From: an uncultured Candidatus Melainabacteria bacterium | Lineage (GTDB): Bacteria; Cyanobacteriota; Vampirovibrionia; Gastranaerophilales; Gastranaerophilaceae | DNA: 64,000 nt | Reading direction: 5' to 3' | Assembly (NCBI GenBank): GCA_937898445.1 | Contig: CALEJY010000250.1 | Location: 3,513-67,512, forward strand | Shown: positions 52,419 to 62,814 of the stretch, in pieces | Layout of the letters: each line of letters starts with the position of its first letter | Position numbering within the stretch: position 1 is the stretch's first letter | The notes under the pieces: generated by a model | Told to the model about the DNA's origin: nothing | The model's input: the letters and a program-made list of their open reading frames with translations, nothing else | Databases searched by the model: none | Made by a program: the position numbers and the translations under genes

Positions 52419-52836
52419 CGTATCCTTTATATGAATAATCTACTTTTCTTTGCCTAAAATCCTCTTCATGTAATTTTTTCAAAGTAATTAGCATTTTTAA
52501 TAAATTGGCATTTGAAGTCTTTTTAAAGTCGTGGTCAGTAATTATGTTCCTTAAATTATCTTCACTATTAACAATTCTTTGTAACCATCTACATACCATA
52601 CCCAAAGCAAGAATTTCTATCTCGTCTTCTGTTAGATCAGCTTTAATATAACCTGTTATTCCATCATCTTCGGAAACGATAGTTAAATCCTTTTCACAAG
52701 TATCGAATTTTATGGTCGCTCCACGAAGATATCTAGTCATTGTTTTCATTTGTATTTCTTCAGGTGCTAAAGCCAATCCATCATCTTCAATTTGATTTAG
52801 GAAAACAACGAATATCTTTTCTATTGGAGTACTCAT
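52405..52836 (-). CDS. Head-tail adaptor-like protein
   Basis: T.IE.IF..FL..I.D...DLT.DEIEILA..M...WL...DF...S.AN.L..L. Confidence 0.6.
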   Translation of the reverse strand: MSTPIEKIFVVFLNQIEDDGLALAPEEIQMKTMTRYLRGATIKFDTCEKDLTIVSEDDGITGYIKADLTEDEIEILALGMVCRWLQRIVNSEDNLRNIITDHDFKKTSNANLLKMLITLKKLHEEDFRQRKVDYSYKGYDGFE

Positions 52837-52847
52837 TTTAACACCTT

Positions 52848-53420
52848 CTAATTTGATTTAAATATAAAAGCATTATTAAATTCTCTTTCTACTACAGAAC
52901 GTTTACCCATAGAATCAAATTTATTTAGGTGAGCTAAATAAATTGCTCTTTGACATAATCTTCTAGCCAATTCAGGTGATTCATTTTTAAGAGTTTCTGC
53001 AAAATCATCAACAGAACCGTCCTCTAGCATTTTATCTAAACAATCTAAAGTAAGAATTTTGTCGCCATATATCCTAGTTAAATCAAGTATGTTAAGCACA
53101 TCTTCTAATTCATATTCTTCACTATATACATCTACTACTGATAAAAATAATTTTCTCATAGTCGGAGAGTTTTTCATTTTTAATAATAAGTCTAACCCTA
53201 CTATAGCTGTTTCTCCGGGTTCATTCATTCTTATAGAATCATATCCATTTTCATAAATAAATGAGCCATTAGTTAAATTCATTACTTCAACATCTATTTT
53301 GGATGCTTCTCTTTTTAATTCTCTCATTATTTCTGCTCTTGTTCTTTTTTTAACTTTTTCTGTTTTTTCAACTGTTTCCTTACTTAAATTAGTTTTTTCC
53401 TCTACTTTTTTACTTGTCAT
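52848..53420 (-). CDS. Conserved hypothetical protein downstream of major capsid
   Basis: Synteny; strong RBS. Confidence 0.5.
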   Translation of the reverse strand: MTSKKVEEKTNLSKETVEKTEKVKKRTRAEIMRELKREASKIDVEVMNLTNGSFIYENGYDSIRMNEPGETAIVGLDLLLKMKNSPTMRKLFLSVVDVYSEEYELEDVLNILDLTRIYGDKILTLDCLDKMLEDGSVDDFAETLKNESPELARRLCQRAIYLAHLNKFDSMGKRSVVEREFNNAFIFKSN

Positions 53421-53446
53421 TTACTATCATCTCCCTATTTTAATAA

Positions 53447-54436
53447 CTAAGCTATATCATATCTACCGAAGTTAACTGCTTTTACAACACCTATATGTAC
53501 TCTTCTAGTGAATAGGTATTCGATTTCTCTATCATTTCTTTCTCCAGATTTATCTTCTAATATAAATGCTTTTCCTTCAAAACCTACCATTATTGGTTTA
53601 GTCATTCCACTTGGAACTACATATAAATGTTCATCGTCACCTAAACCAAATTTACCAGTTTCTTTATTAAATGTATTCTTTAATTCTACACATTTCATAC
53701 CTTCAAACATTTTTAAATAACCATTATTTCTTAAATCTTCTCCGTCTAAAACGAATCCTTCTAATGCAGGTATTTTAGCTAATGCAGTTTTAGTACCATA
53801 TATAACTGGTTCTCCTAATCCTAAACCTTCTACTTTAGCACATAATAAAGATAAAGCATCTCTAGTTACTGTACCACTTTCAACTAAGTTAGCATGACAT
53901 TGACCATAAGCGCTAACAAAAGCATTACCTATTCTTCTTACCATATCTTGTTGAGTAGATTTTTGAACTCTATCTACTAATTTTTCTAAATCTATTCTTC
54001 CTGCTAACCAAGCAGTAAATGGAGCATAGATTTTTACACCTAATTCAGAAGCAGTCATTGGAACTCTTCTATTCATTAATTTTTGTCTTAATAGGTTGTT
54101 ATTATCTGTTGCAACAACAGATACTTCAAATAATCTATCATCTTCAACTGTAAATTCTACAGTATCTCCTAATTCAAAATCTCTAAATTCACAGAATGGT
54201 TCAAATACCTCTCTTAAAACACGAGAAGTAGTTTCTGTTAATATTTCTGATAATATTGCAAATACTTTATATTTGTTATCTTGGAAAGTATAATAATCCC
54301 AAGTTCCACCCATTTCATTTAATACTAATTTTCTTAATTTATCTTCGGCAGTATTTAAATCATATGTGTCGGGATTTCCATTTAATATATCTATTGCCAT
54401 TTGAGCAACTTGACTTCTTTTTTCCACTCTAATCAT
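53447..54436 (-). CDS. Major capsid protein (HK97-fold, SPbeta-like)
   Basis: About 330 aa after scaffold and decoration genes. F.E.R...LGD..EF, RQ.L, L.GR.D, IYGTK.AL motifs. Confidence 0.8.
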   Translation of the reverse strand: MIRVEKRSQVAQMAIDILNGNPDTYDLNTAEDKLRKLVLNEMGGTWDYYTFQDNKYKVFAILSEILTETTSRVLREVFEPFCEFRDFELGDTVEFTVEDDRLFEVSVVATDNNNLLRQKLMNRRVPMTASELGVKIYAPFTAWLAGRIDLEKLVDRVQKSTQQDMVRRIGNAFVSAYGQCHANLVESGTVTRDALSLLCAKVEGLGLGEPVIYGTKTALAKIPALEGFVLDGEDLRNNGYLKMFEGMKCVELKNTFNKETGKFGLGDDEHLYVVPSGMTKPIMVGFEGKAFILEDKSGERNDREIEYLFTRRVHIGVVKAVNFGRYDIA

Positions 54437-54461
54437 CCTTTCTTTTCTTTTTTTTATTTTA

Positions 54462-54917
54462 TTATGCGTGTAATATTACTTCTATCATAGTTGAAGGTTG
54501 AGTTTCAAAATCTAAATCTATTCTTCTAACTAAAAATATACCTTCATCAGCTTTAACATATTTTCCTAAGTTTTCAGTATCAGGATTTAATTTATCTCCT
54601 ACTACTAACCCTTCTGGTAATAAAGCATTAGATATTGTGTAGACATCACCATGACCTAAGTATTCGACTCTACCTCTTTCTCCTGCTTTTAATTCAAAAT
54701 CTCTTTCATCATATCTTGGGTCATACATAAGAACTGAACAGTCAACTATTGCAGCTATATCTCCTTCTGCAAATTTACCAACTTTGTAAAGTTCTCTTTC
54801 ACCGTTTTCAGCGAATCCTTTTACACCAACTACCATACCATTTTCTAATACTTCATCAGATATAACATTTATTGGATTTGGATATGGTTGTCTATCTTTT
54901 CTCATTATTGCTTTCAT
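54462..54917 (-). CDS. Putative capsid decoration/cement protein
   Basis: LENGMVV, MYD.R....DF...AG...RV..L..GD; between scaffold and MCP. Confidence 0.6.
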   Translation of the reverse strand: MKAIMRKDRQPYPNPINVISDEVLENGMVVGVKGFAENGERELYKVGKFAEGDIAAIVDCSVLMYDPRYDERDFELKAGERGRVEYLGHGDVYTISNALLPEGLVVGDKLNPDTENLGKYVKADEGIFLVRRIDLDFETQPSTMIEVILHA

Positions 54918-54941
54918 GTTATTTATTCACTCCTTTAAATT

Positions 54942-56408
54942 TTATAAATTTTCAAATACTCCACCGTAAGGAACATGAGTATCTCCCTTAACTGGCATTT
55001 GTAGACTAGGTTCTGTATCTGGTTCTTTTGGTTGTTTATTTTGCATATTTTCATATGCTTTTTTGCCATATAATGCGAATAATTTATTATTTAATTCTTC
55101 TACATCAAATTCTCCATTTAAGCATTGTTCTTTCATTTCTTTAGTTTCTTCTTCATCAAATGAGAATTTAGCTAGAACTCCTTCAACCTCTTCTTCAAAT
55201 TTTTCTTTTTCTGCTTGAGCTTCTTTTTCTTTAAATTCTTTCACTTCTTCTCCTAAAGAGAATACAGTTTCATTAGCTTTTGTTAATTCTTCTTTAGTTT
55301 GAGTTAATTCTTCATTAACTTTTTCTAAATCGTTTTTAAAAGTGTCGACAACTGTTTTAGCTGCTTGATTGACTTTTTCTACTTCTGCATTAAAAGTAAG
55401 TTCTGCCATTTCTTTAGCCTCGTCTTCATTTAAAGAGAAGCTTACAGAATCATCAACTTTTTTCTCTCTCCATTCACTTATATACTCTTTTCTATTGTCA
55501 AAATCTAAAGTAAGAGTATCTTCGCTTACAGAATAAGGTATTCCATAATATTTATATCCGTCATTTCCTTGAACTACAACTATAGAGTCATCAGGAATAG
55601 TATCTACATAATAGAATTCTCTAGCTTGATATGTTTCTCCCCAAGAGTATTTTTTTTCTATCATTCTATTACTTAATTGTTCTCTTATTTGTAATGCCAT
55701 TACTCCATTAGAAAGAGAATATGTATCATTATTTCCTTTCATGCCTTCGTCTCCTTTCACATTTTGTTCTATATTATTTAAAAAATTAATTAAATCTTTT
55801 TCAGTTTTTATTCTTGTAAATTCAAGAGTTGCATTAGCACCATCTATACCCGGAGCATAATCATCTCCTAATATAGTAACTCCTAAAAATTCAAATTTAG
55901 ATATATTTAAAACTCCACTATGTTTATCTTTTTCACTCTCAAGTATATTGATTTCCATGCTTACAGATTTGTCGCCTTCTTTAAGAAGGTCATAAGCATC
56001 TTTACAATATCTGTTCCATATAGTGCCAGTAGCAGTAAGATATTCTTTCCCATTCTCACCTTTTTCATAAGAAAGGTCGAAATTTTGAGAAAAAGTTCCT
56101 ATAGGTTGTTCTATATATTTAATCTCGTAACTTCTTTTGCCATTGACAACTTTTGGGACAAGTATCATTTCGTGTTCGCCAAAATCTAAAGGCTCTCCAT
56201 TTTCATCATATTTAACATATGCAAGTATTGGTTTATCATAGATTGTAGCTTTAGCTAATTCGATTGCTTGTTTTGAAAAGCTTGTACCTTTTGGATTTAC
56301 TCCTTCATGTATGATTTGCATTTTAACATTTGGATTTGTTTCACTATCTTCTGAAAAGTTTAAAAAATTTTCTTCCAAAGTCATAGAACATGGTATTCTA
56401 ATTATCAA
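54942..56408 (-). CDS. Prohead protease/scaffold fusion
   Basis: H.G.N..G..FS....L...TI.DKPIL, DFG.HE, G.IW.RY, SVSMEI, F.G.TILG....PG; acidic coiled-coil C-terminus. Confidence 0.75.
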   Translation of the reverse strand: MIIRIPCSMTLEENFLNFSEDSETNPNVKMQIIHEGVNPKGTSFSKQAIELAKATIYDKPILAYVKYDENGEPLDFGEHEMILVPKVVNGKRSYEIKYIEQPIGTFSQNFDLSYEKGENGKEYLTATGTIWNRYCKDAYDLLKEGDKSVSMEINILESEKDKHSGVLNISKFEFLGVTILGDDYAPGIDGANATLEFTRIKTEKDLINFLNNIEQNVKGDEGMKGNNDTYSLSNGVMALQIREQLSNRMIEKKYSWGETYQAREFYYVDTIPDDSIVVVQGNDGYKYYGIPYSVSEDTLTLDFDNRKEYISEWREKKVDDSVSFSLNEDEAKEMAELTFNAEVEKVNQAAKTVVDTFKNDLEKVNEELTQTKEELTKANETVFSLGEEVKEFKEKEAQAEKEKFEEEVEGVLAKFSFDEEETKEMKEQCLNGEFDVEELNNKLFALYGKKAYENMQNKQPKEPDTEPSLQMPVKGDTHVPYGGVFENL

Positions 56409-56432
56409 AGGATTTCCTCCTTTCTATAAGAA

Positions 56433-56642
56433 TTAAAAACACATATATAACTGGTCACTTATTATATATTCATTTTTTTCATCATTTGAAAAAAGTAAAT
56501 ATTTATCTGAATTTTCAAATACATAATGTGTTTCTTTACCTATTTCTCGTATCGTAATACATTCAAAACCCATTCGTTTTAATTTTTCTGCTTTATCTCT
56601 TGTATCTGCAATTATATATCTTCCCATGTTATTCACATCCAT
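56433..56642 (-). CDS. Small hypothetical protein
   Basis: A.KL...GF..I....YVF.N motif; operonic. Confidence 0.5.
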   Translation of the reverse strand: MDVNNMGRYIIADTRDKAEKLKRMGFECITIREIGKETHYVFENSDKYLLFSNDEKNEYIISDQLYMCF

Positions 56643-57552
56643 TTCCTAGATATAAAACACCGTTTCCTTGTGCCTTCGTATCTATATCATTGAGGAAATT
56701 AGTACATTTGACAAGTCTTGCCCACAATTCACTTTCAGTTGGTTTTCTACCATAAGTTTTAACAAAATCTTCTTTGATTAATGCCAATGCTCCTGAAACG
56801 TGTGGTGTGGCTTGAGAAGTACCACTTGTCGTTGCATATCTATTATTCTTATAAGTTGACATTATATTGACACCGTATGATACAATATCTATTTCAGGAT
56901 TTGTATTACTGAATTTAGCAATACTATTATCTCTGTCTACCGCTCCAACTTCTATAACTTCATGATAATTTCCGGGGAAATTAATTTCATCTGTATCAGC
57001 ACTTCCATCTCCATTATTGCCACTAGCACAACAAATACATATACCTTTATCTGTTGCTTTTTTTATAACCTCGTGTAAAGAATCGTCATCTGCTCTACCA
57101 CCTAAAGACATATTTATAATATCTACATTTTGCTCAATAGCATATTCTAATCCTTTTACTATATTAGGAAAAGCGCCATCTCCAAATCTATCTAAAACTT
57201 TAATTATTAATAAATTACATTCAGGAGCAACCCCTGTTATACCTTTTTCAACTCTATTCCCTGCTATGATTCCTGCTACATGAGTTCCATGACCATTCCA
57301 ATCGGTAAAATCATTTTCTTTACCTTCATTTGTGAAGTTTTTGCCACCAATTATCCTATCTTTTAAACATACATGGCTTGTATCAATTCCTGTATCTAAT
57401 ATTGCTACAGTTATTCCTTCTCCATAAATTCCTTTATTCCAAAATGTCTCTGCTCCTAATAACTTTATATTAGAAGGTATTTTATATGGAATATCTTCTT
57501 TAATTTCTCCTAAAGAACAAGGAGTTAATTTAAAATCACTCATTTTCATCAC
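56629..57552 (-). CDS. Subtilisin-like S8 serine protease (intracellular Isp-like)
   Basis: Intact triad motifs ILDTG, GHGTHVAG, SGTSQATPHVSG; oxyanion ASGN; no signal peptide. Confidence 0.92.
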   Translation of the reverse strand: MMKMSDFKLTPCSLGEIKEDIPYKIPSNIKLLGAETFWNKGIYGEGITVAILDTGIDTSHVCLKDRIIGGKNFTNEGKENDFTDWNGHGTHVAGIIAGNRVEKGITGVAPECNLLIIKVLDRFGDGAFPNIVKGLEYAIEQNVDIINMSLGGRADDDSLHEVIKKATDKGICICCASGNNGDGSADTDEINFPGNYHEVIEVGAVDRDNSIAKFSNTNPEIDIVSYGVNIMSTYKNNRYATTSGTSQATPHVSGALALIKEDFVKTYGRKPTESELWARLVKCTNFLNDIDTKAQGNGVLYLGNGCE

Positions 57553-59028
57553 CTATTCATTTGGATTTGTGCTGCTTGAATTTGCATTAGATTCTCCTGT
57601 TTCTGCTTTAGTAGGTCTACCGCCCACTTCATTACCCACTTGAGTATAAGCAGTTGATAGCGGAGTCATCTTAGAAGCTATATCTTCTAATTCTTCTGAT
57701 TCTATTGTGCTTAATGCTCGTAAAGGAGTTAATCCTATAGTAGCTAAGTATTTCCACTTAGGAGAATAAATAGCTAAAGCTGATCTTTGTCTTTCTGCTT
57801 CTAATCCTTGATTATATTCATTAGTAGGTATAAATTCTAAAAACCAGTTTGAAGTAGCCCTAACACTTCTCATATGGTCATTAACCCAATTTTCTATTTC
57901 TTTTTGTATTCTTAAAGGCATTAAAGTATCTATTGTAAACCCTATTGATACTGCTTCTGTATTAGTTGTATTACCATTAAATAAATTATCATTTACACCA
58001 CTAGCATCATATATTGTTGTTTTTGTTTTTTCTTTAGCGTCAAGTATACTTGAACTATTTCCGTCACTAGATATTAATTTTAAATCTAAAGGAGAAGTTA
58101 AAGTACAATAACCATAAGGAACTAAACTTTTTAATGCATTATGATAATTTGTTATTTTCTTTCTTTCCATTTTTAACTGACCTCTATCATCAAGCTCAGG
58201 TTTTTGATGTAATAATCTAAAACTATCTATGTAAGCATTTAAATTAACTAAATCTGATAATTCTTCTAATGAAGCTAAACTATCAAATAAATAAGAATAA
58301 TATGGAGTACCCTTCTCTTGCCATTCATCCAAAGTAAATGCCATATAACAAGTTTCAGTCATTTGATACCATGAATTTTTTATTATTCTTCTTTTATCTA
58401 AAGTCCCTCCTTGATAATCCCAATATAACTCTTGTATTGCTTGAGGGAATGTATAATAATTTGTAGAATTTAAATAACCTAAATTTATGGCGAATTTAGA
58501 AACCATATTGCCAGTCTTTTGAGTTATCATACACATTTCTCTAGGAAATTTAAAAAATAAATAATTATTCTTACCTTTAACTAAAGCTAAATAAATTTCA
58601 CCATATTCTATAACATCTTGGGCAATCCACTTGCAGTTATATTTTAAGTTGTATTTTTCTACTTGTTTTGAAGCTTTTCTTCTAGCTTCTCTTATATCTT
58701 TTTCCGTTTTGTATTTACTTGCATCAATAGGCATTATATAGTGGTCATAAGTAAGCAAGTTAGATTTATATGTAATTAATTCTTTTAGTTGACCGTTTTT
58801 ATTAGTAAGTACTTCGCCTATTTTTTGAAGTTCTGTTTCTGTATATTGACTATCAGCTTGATTACTTAACATTTTTCTTATATTATTTTTTACTCTTACA
58901 CTATTATCTCTTATTGTTGAAATCTGAGAATTATAAGTTTTTAAACTATATAATAAATCTTCGGAAAAATCATATTCATCATATAAGTCAACATTTTCTT
59001 TTTTTATATCCTCACTCAAATATATCAA
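57553..59028 (-). CDS. Portal protein
   Basis: About 490 aa between terminase and head genes. G.P....LF..L, SGV...LF.G, P..TAYTQ....GGRP terminus typical of SPbeta-like portals. Confidence 0.75.
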   Translation of the reverse strand: MIYLSEDIKKENVDLYDEYDFSEDLLYSLKTYNSQISTIRDNSVRVKNNIRKMLSNQADSQYTETELQKIGEVLTNKNGQLKELITYKSNLLTYDHYIMPIDASKYKTEKDIREARRKASKQVEKYNLKYNCKWIAQDVIEYGEIYLALVKGKNNYLFFKFPREMCMITQKTGNMVSKFAINLGYLNSTNYYTFPQAIQELYWDYQGGTLDKRRIIKNSWYQMTETCYMAFTLDEWQEKGTPYYSYLFDSLASLEELSDLVNLNAYIDSFRLLHQKPELDDRGQLKMERKKITNYHNALKSLVPYGYCTLTSPLDLKLISSDGNSSSILDAKEKTKTTIYDASGVNDNLFNGNTTNTEAVSIGFTIDTLMPLRIQKEIENWVNDHMRSVRATSNWFLEFIPTNEYNQGLEAERQRSALAIYSPKWKYLATIGLTPLRALSTIESEELEDIASKMTPLSTAYTQVGNEVGGRPTKAETGESNANSSSTNPNE

Positions 59029-59032
59029 CTCC

Positions 59033-59830
59033 TTATATTGATTTTAGTCTTTTATTTGTTATCTCTATCGCCCTTGGATTTAAATCACATCCTATATATT
59101 GTCTGTTTAATTCTTTTGCCACAACTAAACTCGTTCCACTACCACAAAAGAAATCAGCGATAATGTCCCCTTCATTAGAAGATGATTTAATTATTCTCTC
59201 TAATAATTCTTTCGGTTTTTGGGTGTCATAACCTACTCTTTCTCTGCTTGAAGAAGTTAATAATCCAATGTCCCATACATCTGTTATATTTGCTCCTTCT
59301 TTCATAGGTGTATAATAATACCTCTTGTTCCCATCTTTATCTCTTCTACAAGTACGAACACACAATTCTCCTTTTTCATTTTTATGCCTAAATTCTTTTA
59401 ATGTTTTTTCAGTATAAGGTTGATATTGCGTATTATATATGTATTTATTGCTTTTTGAATATCTTAATATATTGTCATGTTTACAACTTATATCTTTACT
59501 CCTAGATTGTCCTCCGTAATTCCATATAATATCGTTTCTAAAATTGTTAATACCGAAAATGTTATCCATTTCAACTTTTAAATAATGAACCAACCTATAA
59601 TCACATTGAATATAGATTAATCCGTTATTTTTTAAAACTCTTTTCATTTCAGACAATCTTGGTTTATACCATTTTATTGCTTGTTGTGGAGTACCTAATC
59701 TATCATCATAATCTTTAAAAATTTTACCTGTATTATAAAGAATATCGCAATAGATCAGGTTGATTTCCTCATCGTTTATTTGCTTTAATAACTCTAAATT
59801 ATCCATACAATAAACTCTATTTAATTCCAT
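59033..59830 (-). CDS. Orphan DNA methyltransferase (N6A/N4C, beta class)
   Basis: DNLELL, LIYCDILYNTG (motif IV position), RVLK..G, DVW.I, TQKP..LLERII..SS..GD...DFFCGSGT (SAM-binding). Confidence 0.85.
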   Translation of the reverse strand: MELNRVYCMDNLELLKQINDEEINLIYCDILYNTGKIFKDYDDRLGTPQQAIKWYKPRLSEMKRVLKNNGLIYIQCDYRLVHYLKVEMDNIFGINNFRNDIIWNYGGQSRSKDISCKHDNILRYSKSNKYIYNTQYQPYTEKTLKEFRHKNEKGELCVRTCRRDKDGNKRYYYTPMKEGANITDVWDIGLLTSSSRERVGYDTQKPKELLERIIKSSSNEGDIIADFFCGSGTSLVVAKELNRQYIGCDLNPRAIEITNKRLKSI

Positions 59831-59847
59831 ATCATCACCCTTATTAA

Positions 59848-61620
59848 TTATACTAAGAATAAAATATCGTCACTATCGTCTCCGAAACCTTCTTCTTGTG
59901 CTATTAAATTACTTAAAAATACTCCGTAGCCTAGTGAAGAATATCTATCTTTTCTATTTGCCCCTCTTTCAAAAAGTCTTATTTTACCTTCTTTACTTTC
60001 ATGTCTCAAACTTATCATTTCGTTAACCATAATAGTTGTTTGAACAAAAGGAGCAAGCAATATAGCTTCTCTATAAGCCGCTTCGTCTAAATCTAGGTCT
60101 AAACTAGCTATTTTTTCAGTTACTAATATCTTGGCTTCTCTATCATTCATAGGAAGTATTAAATCTTTATCTGCTAATAATTTTCTTACACTTACTGCTA
60201 TTCTACTGTTGATTTCTGTGTTAGGCTGCATCGAATATACAAAAGGTAAGCCAGTTCTTTTAGATAAATCGTCAACTCTATTATCTTCATTAAAACAAGT
60301 AAATCCATCGTATCTAACTCCTCTTTCTTCGTCATAATTGCTTTCTCTAACAAATTCCCAAACTGCTTCACCTATACCAGTTGTATCGAGGATTATTTTA
60401 TCTGCTCCAAAATCATAGAATAATTGTTTTATTCTTATAGCTTGTTGTTTAGCAGGCATACCATTATGAGCCTCAAGATAGACAACATAACGTTTAAATT
60501 TACCTCTATCTGGTATCATCCTCATTAATAAGAAACTCGAGTTATCGTTTGCGACCCCTTTAGCTAAGGCGATATCACAAGCAAGAATTCTTATTTCACC
60601 ATTAACTCTAGGCATATACCATGATTGCTCTATTTTTTTCTTCTTTTTCTCTGCTATCCATTCTTCGGCAGTAGGAGGATAAAAAACATCGACACTATCC
60701 CTGCAAGGATTTATAACAGAAGATTTAAAAAACGCATCATCTGCTTCATTAAAGAAAACAGCACAATATTCCATTAGGAACGTTGCGTAATTCATGCCTT
60801 CTGCGTCCATTTCTCTTTCTATTTTCTTTTTAGTATTTAACCCATGCTCTAACGAGCAAGTAAAAGGGATATTACAAGCAAAAGAATCGAATTTTGTAAG
60901 CATATCTCTAACGGTTGTTTTCCATTTTGAAAAACTCCAATGGTCTGAATACCATGCACTAGATAAATATAATTCTTTATTTTCTTCACGATAAAAAGAA
61001 TATCTAGGATTAGTTAAATATCCTGCTTGTCTTGGAACCGCACCAAATGGAGATAAAACACTTCTAACTATTGTTTCATTTATCATACGAAACTCGTCCA
61101 TTACTAAGACATTACATCTTGCACCTCTTGAATTTTCTGAACTAGCAAGGACTTCTATAGAAGAACCATTTTTAAAAGGAATTAACACCTGATTGGAATT
61201 ACATTTAATCCCTTTATAATCTATCTCTTTCCTTAAAGCATATGATTGCGGATATAATTCACCGAGTATTTTTTCGGTCAGTACTTTCTCTGCTTGTTTT
61301 TTTTGTTTAGCACAGACAATAACTTTTGTTCCGGGTTTTAATATACATATAACGGTACAAAATACTGCTGTTAAAAATGATTTACCTAATCCCCTTGATG
61401 CTATGAATACGAATTGGTCACTCTTCATCATAAAATATAAAAGTATCTGCTGGAATATATGAAGCTTATATTTTAAATAATCCATAGCAAACCTATGAGG
61501 ATTTGCTAAATAAAAACAACCCCAATATTCACCTATACCTATAAGTAAATCTTCTTTGGAGTCTTTTTTTAAGTTACCTCTATCTTCATATTCTGTTTCT
61601 ATGTATTTTTTTTCTTTCAT
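59848..61620 (-). CDS. Terminase large subunit
   Basis: Walker A ASRGLGKS, RG.R..VLVMDE Walker B, LSSA motif III, nuclease CDIA, LDTTG.G, KDRYSS. Confidence 0.92.
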   Translation of the reverse strand: MKEKKYIETEYEDRGNLKKDSKEDLLIGIGEYWGCFYLANPHRFAMDYLKYKLHIFQQILLYFMMKSDQFVFIASRGLGKSFLTAVFCTVICILKPGTKVIVCAKQKKQAEKVLTEKILGELYPQSYALRKEIDYKGIKCNSNQVLIPFKNGSSIEVLASSENSRGARCNVLVMDEFRMINETIVRSVLSPFGAVPRQAGYLTNPRYSFYREENKELYLSSAWYSDHWSFSKWKTTVRDMLTKFDSFACNIPFTCSLEHGLNTKKKIEREMDAEGMNYATFLMEYCAVFFNEADDAFFKSSVINPCRDSVDVFYPPTAEEWIAEKKKKKIEQSWYMPRVNGEIRILACDIALAKGVANDNSSFLLMRMIPDRGKFKRYVVYLEAHNGMPAKQQAIRIKQLFYDFGADKIILDTTGIGEAVWEFVRESNYDEERGVRYDGFTCFNEDNRVDDLSKRTGLPFVYSMQPNTEINSRIAVSVRKLLADKDLILPMNDREAKILVTEKIASLDLDLDEAAYREAILLAPFVQTTIMVNEMISLRHESKEGKIRLFERGANRKDRYSSLGYGVFLSNLIAQEEGFGDDSDDILFLV

Positions 61621-62558
61621 TAGCTATCACCGTTCTTTCTTTTTTCTTCTTCCTCTTCTTCTTTAACGGCTTGTATAGCTTTTTTTACTTTTTCATCTAA
61701 TTGGATTCCAGAATCTCCTTCTTCCAAGCTATAATTAGCTGATCCAAATCCTAGAGCTACTGCTAATGGTTTAAATAAGAATCTCATTATATATCTTTCA
61801 ATCCAGTCAACATCTTGATATTCTTTAAGTCTTTTAACTACTGGTTTTTTTAATTCATATATTTTCATCATCATACCAAAAATAAATTTTTCGTCATCTT
61901 CGTCTTTATTTTGGTTTGGCTGTATATTTGCATCTGCTCTACTTTTAGAAAGCAATTTAGTATACATATCATAAGTCTTATCATCATTTTTTAATCTAGC
62001 TCTTTCTCTAAGAAGCTCTGTCATACTTAAATCCTTTAATATTTTTTTAGTTGATAAATCTTTAGGTTTATACTCTTCCATATATTCAGAATAAATATAT
62101 TCTAATTGTTGATACTCCCTTTTTGTAAATCCGTCTCCCCATTTCATAACTATGTTATTATCAATAACCAAATCCTCTACATTAGGTTTAGAGTGCATCT
62201 CATTAAACATGGGACTATCTAAAGAATTTAAATTTCTAAGAATGGAATTGGCATTTATTGTTTTCATGTAATTTAAAAACATAGAACCTTCTTTACCTTC
62301 AATTCTTTTTACTATTCCTTCATCAAATACAATATCTAAATTGTCGCAAGTTCTTCTTAATGCCAATAGCTCATCTCCATCGCATTTGGCTAAAAAGAAA
62401 TTATATCTAATATTCATGCAATTTTTACAGATAATATGTCTTTTTTCACTAGAATATAAAACACTTTCAGAGCCATAAAAATCCCTAGATAAAAATTTCT
62501 CCTCTCCACAATAAGGACAAGTTCTTTTAGCTAATTTTTGTCCTTTTTCTTTTTTCAT
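61620..62558 (-). CDS. Putative terminase small subunit / zinc-finger packaging protein
   Basis: CPYCG...FY...ICKNC zinc finger, KWG.G....EY..LE..Y; translationally coupled to terminase large subunit. Confidence 0.55.
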   Translation of the reverse strand: MKKEKGQKLAKRTCPYCGEEKFLSRDFYGSESVLYSSEKRHIICKNCMNIRYNFFLAKCDGDELLALRRTCDNLDIVFDEGIVKRIEGKEGSMFLNYMKTINANSILRNLNSLDSPMFNEMHSKPNVEDLVIDNNIVMKWGDGFTKREYQQLEYIYSEYMEEYKPKDLSTKKILKDLSMTELLRERARLKNDDKTYDMYTKLLSKSRADANIQPNQNKDEDDEKFIFGMMMKIYELKKPVVKRLKEYQDVDWIERYIMRFLFKPLAVALGFGSANYSLEEGDSGIQLDEKVKKAIQAVKEEEEEEKRKNGDS

Positions 62559-62576
62559 TTTATCACCTCTCTTGTT

Positions 62577-62607
62577 AAAAAAAATAACTACCCCGAAGGG
62601 TAGTTAT
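62577..62607 (-). terminator. Strong Rho-independent terminator with UUCG loop
   Basis: Minus strand ATAACTACCC-TTCG-GGGTAGTTAT-TTTTTTT. Confidence 0.85.
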
Positions 62608-62772
62608 CAAATGGTTTGATAATAATAGATTATCAATATATAATTTAATTTCCTTATTAATGGGTATGGTCACGAGGAAAAGCAACCATACCACTAACAA
62701 GGGAGATATAATTAGTCTAAATAAAGACTAAATAGAACCCACATTGTTAAGAATATGGATTCAATTAACCTT
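62577..62772 (-). ncRNA. Candidate structured small RNA or leader (four hairpins plus terminator)
   Basis: Consecutive stems at 62735-62762, 62712-62731, 62650-62704 and 62616-62636. Several G.U pairs form only on the minus strand. TATAAT at 62784-62779. Confidence 0.5.
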
Positions 62773-62814
62773 TATTTAATTATAAAAGTATACATACATT
62801 TATATTAAAAGAAA

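Noticed and set aside
1364..60994. All short plus-strand ORFs in the ORF track (for example 14331..14732, 30490..30972, 40215..40730)
   Set aside because: They lie antisense to long, motif-bearing minus-strand genes, have the Ser/Leu/Ile/Phe bias of shadow frames, and I saw no convincing RBS or protein motifs.
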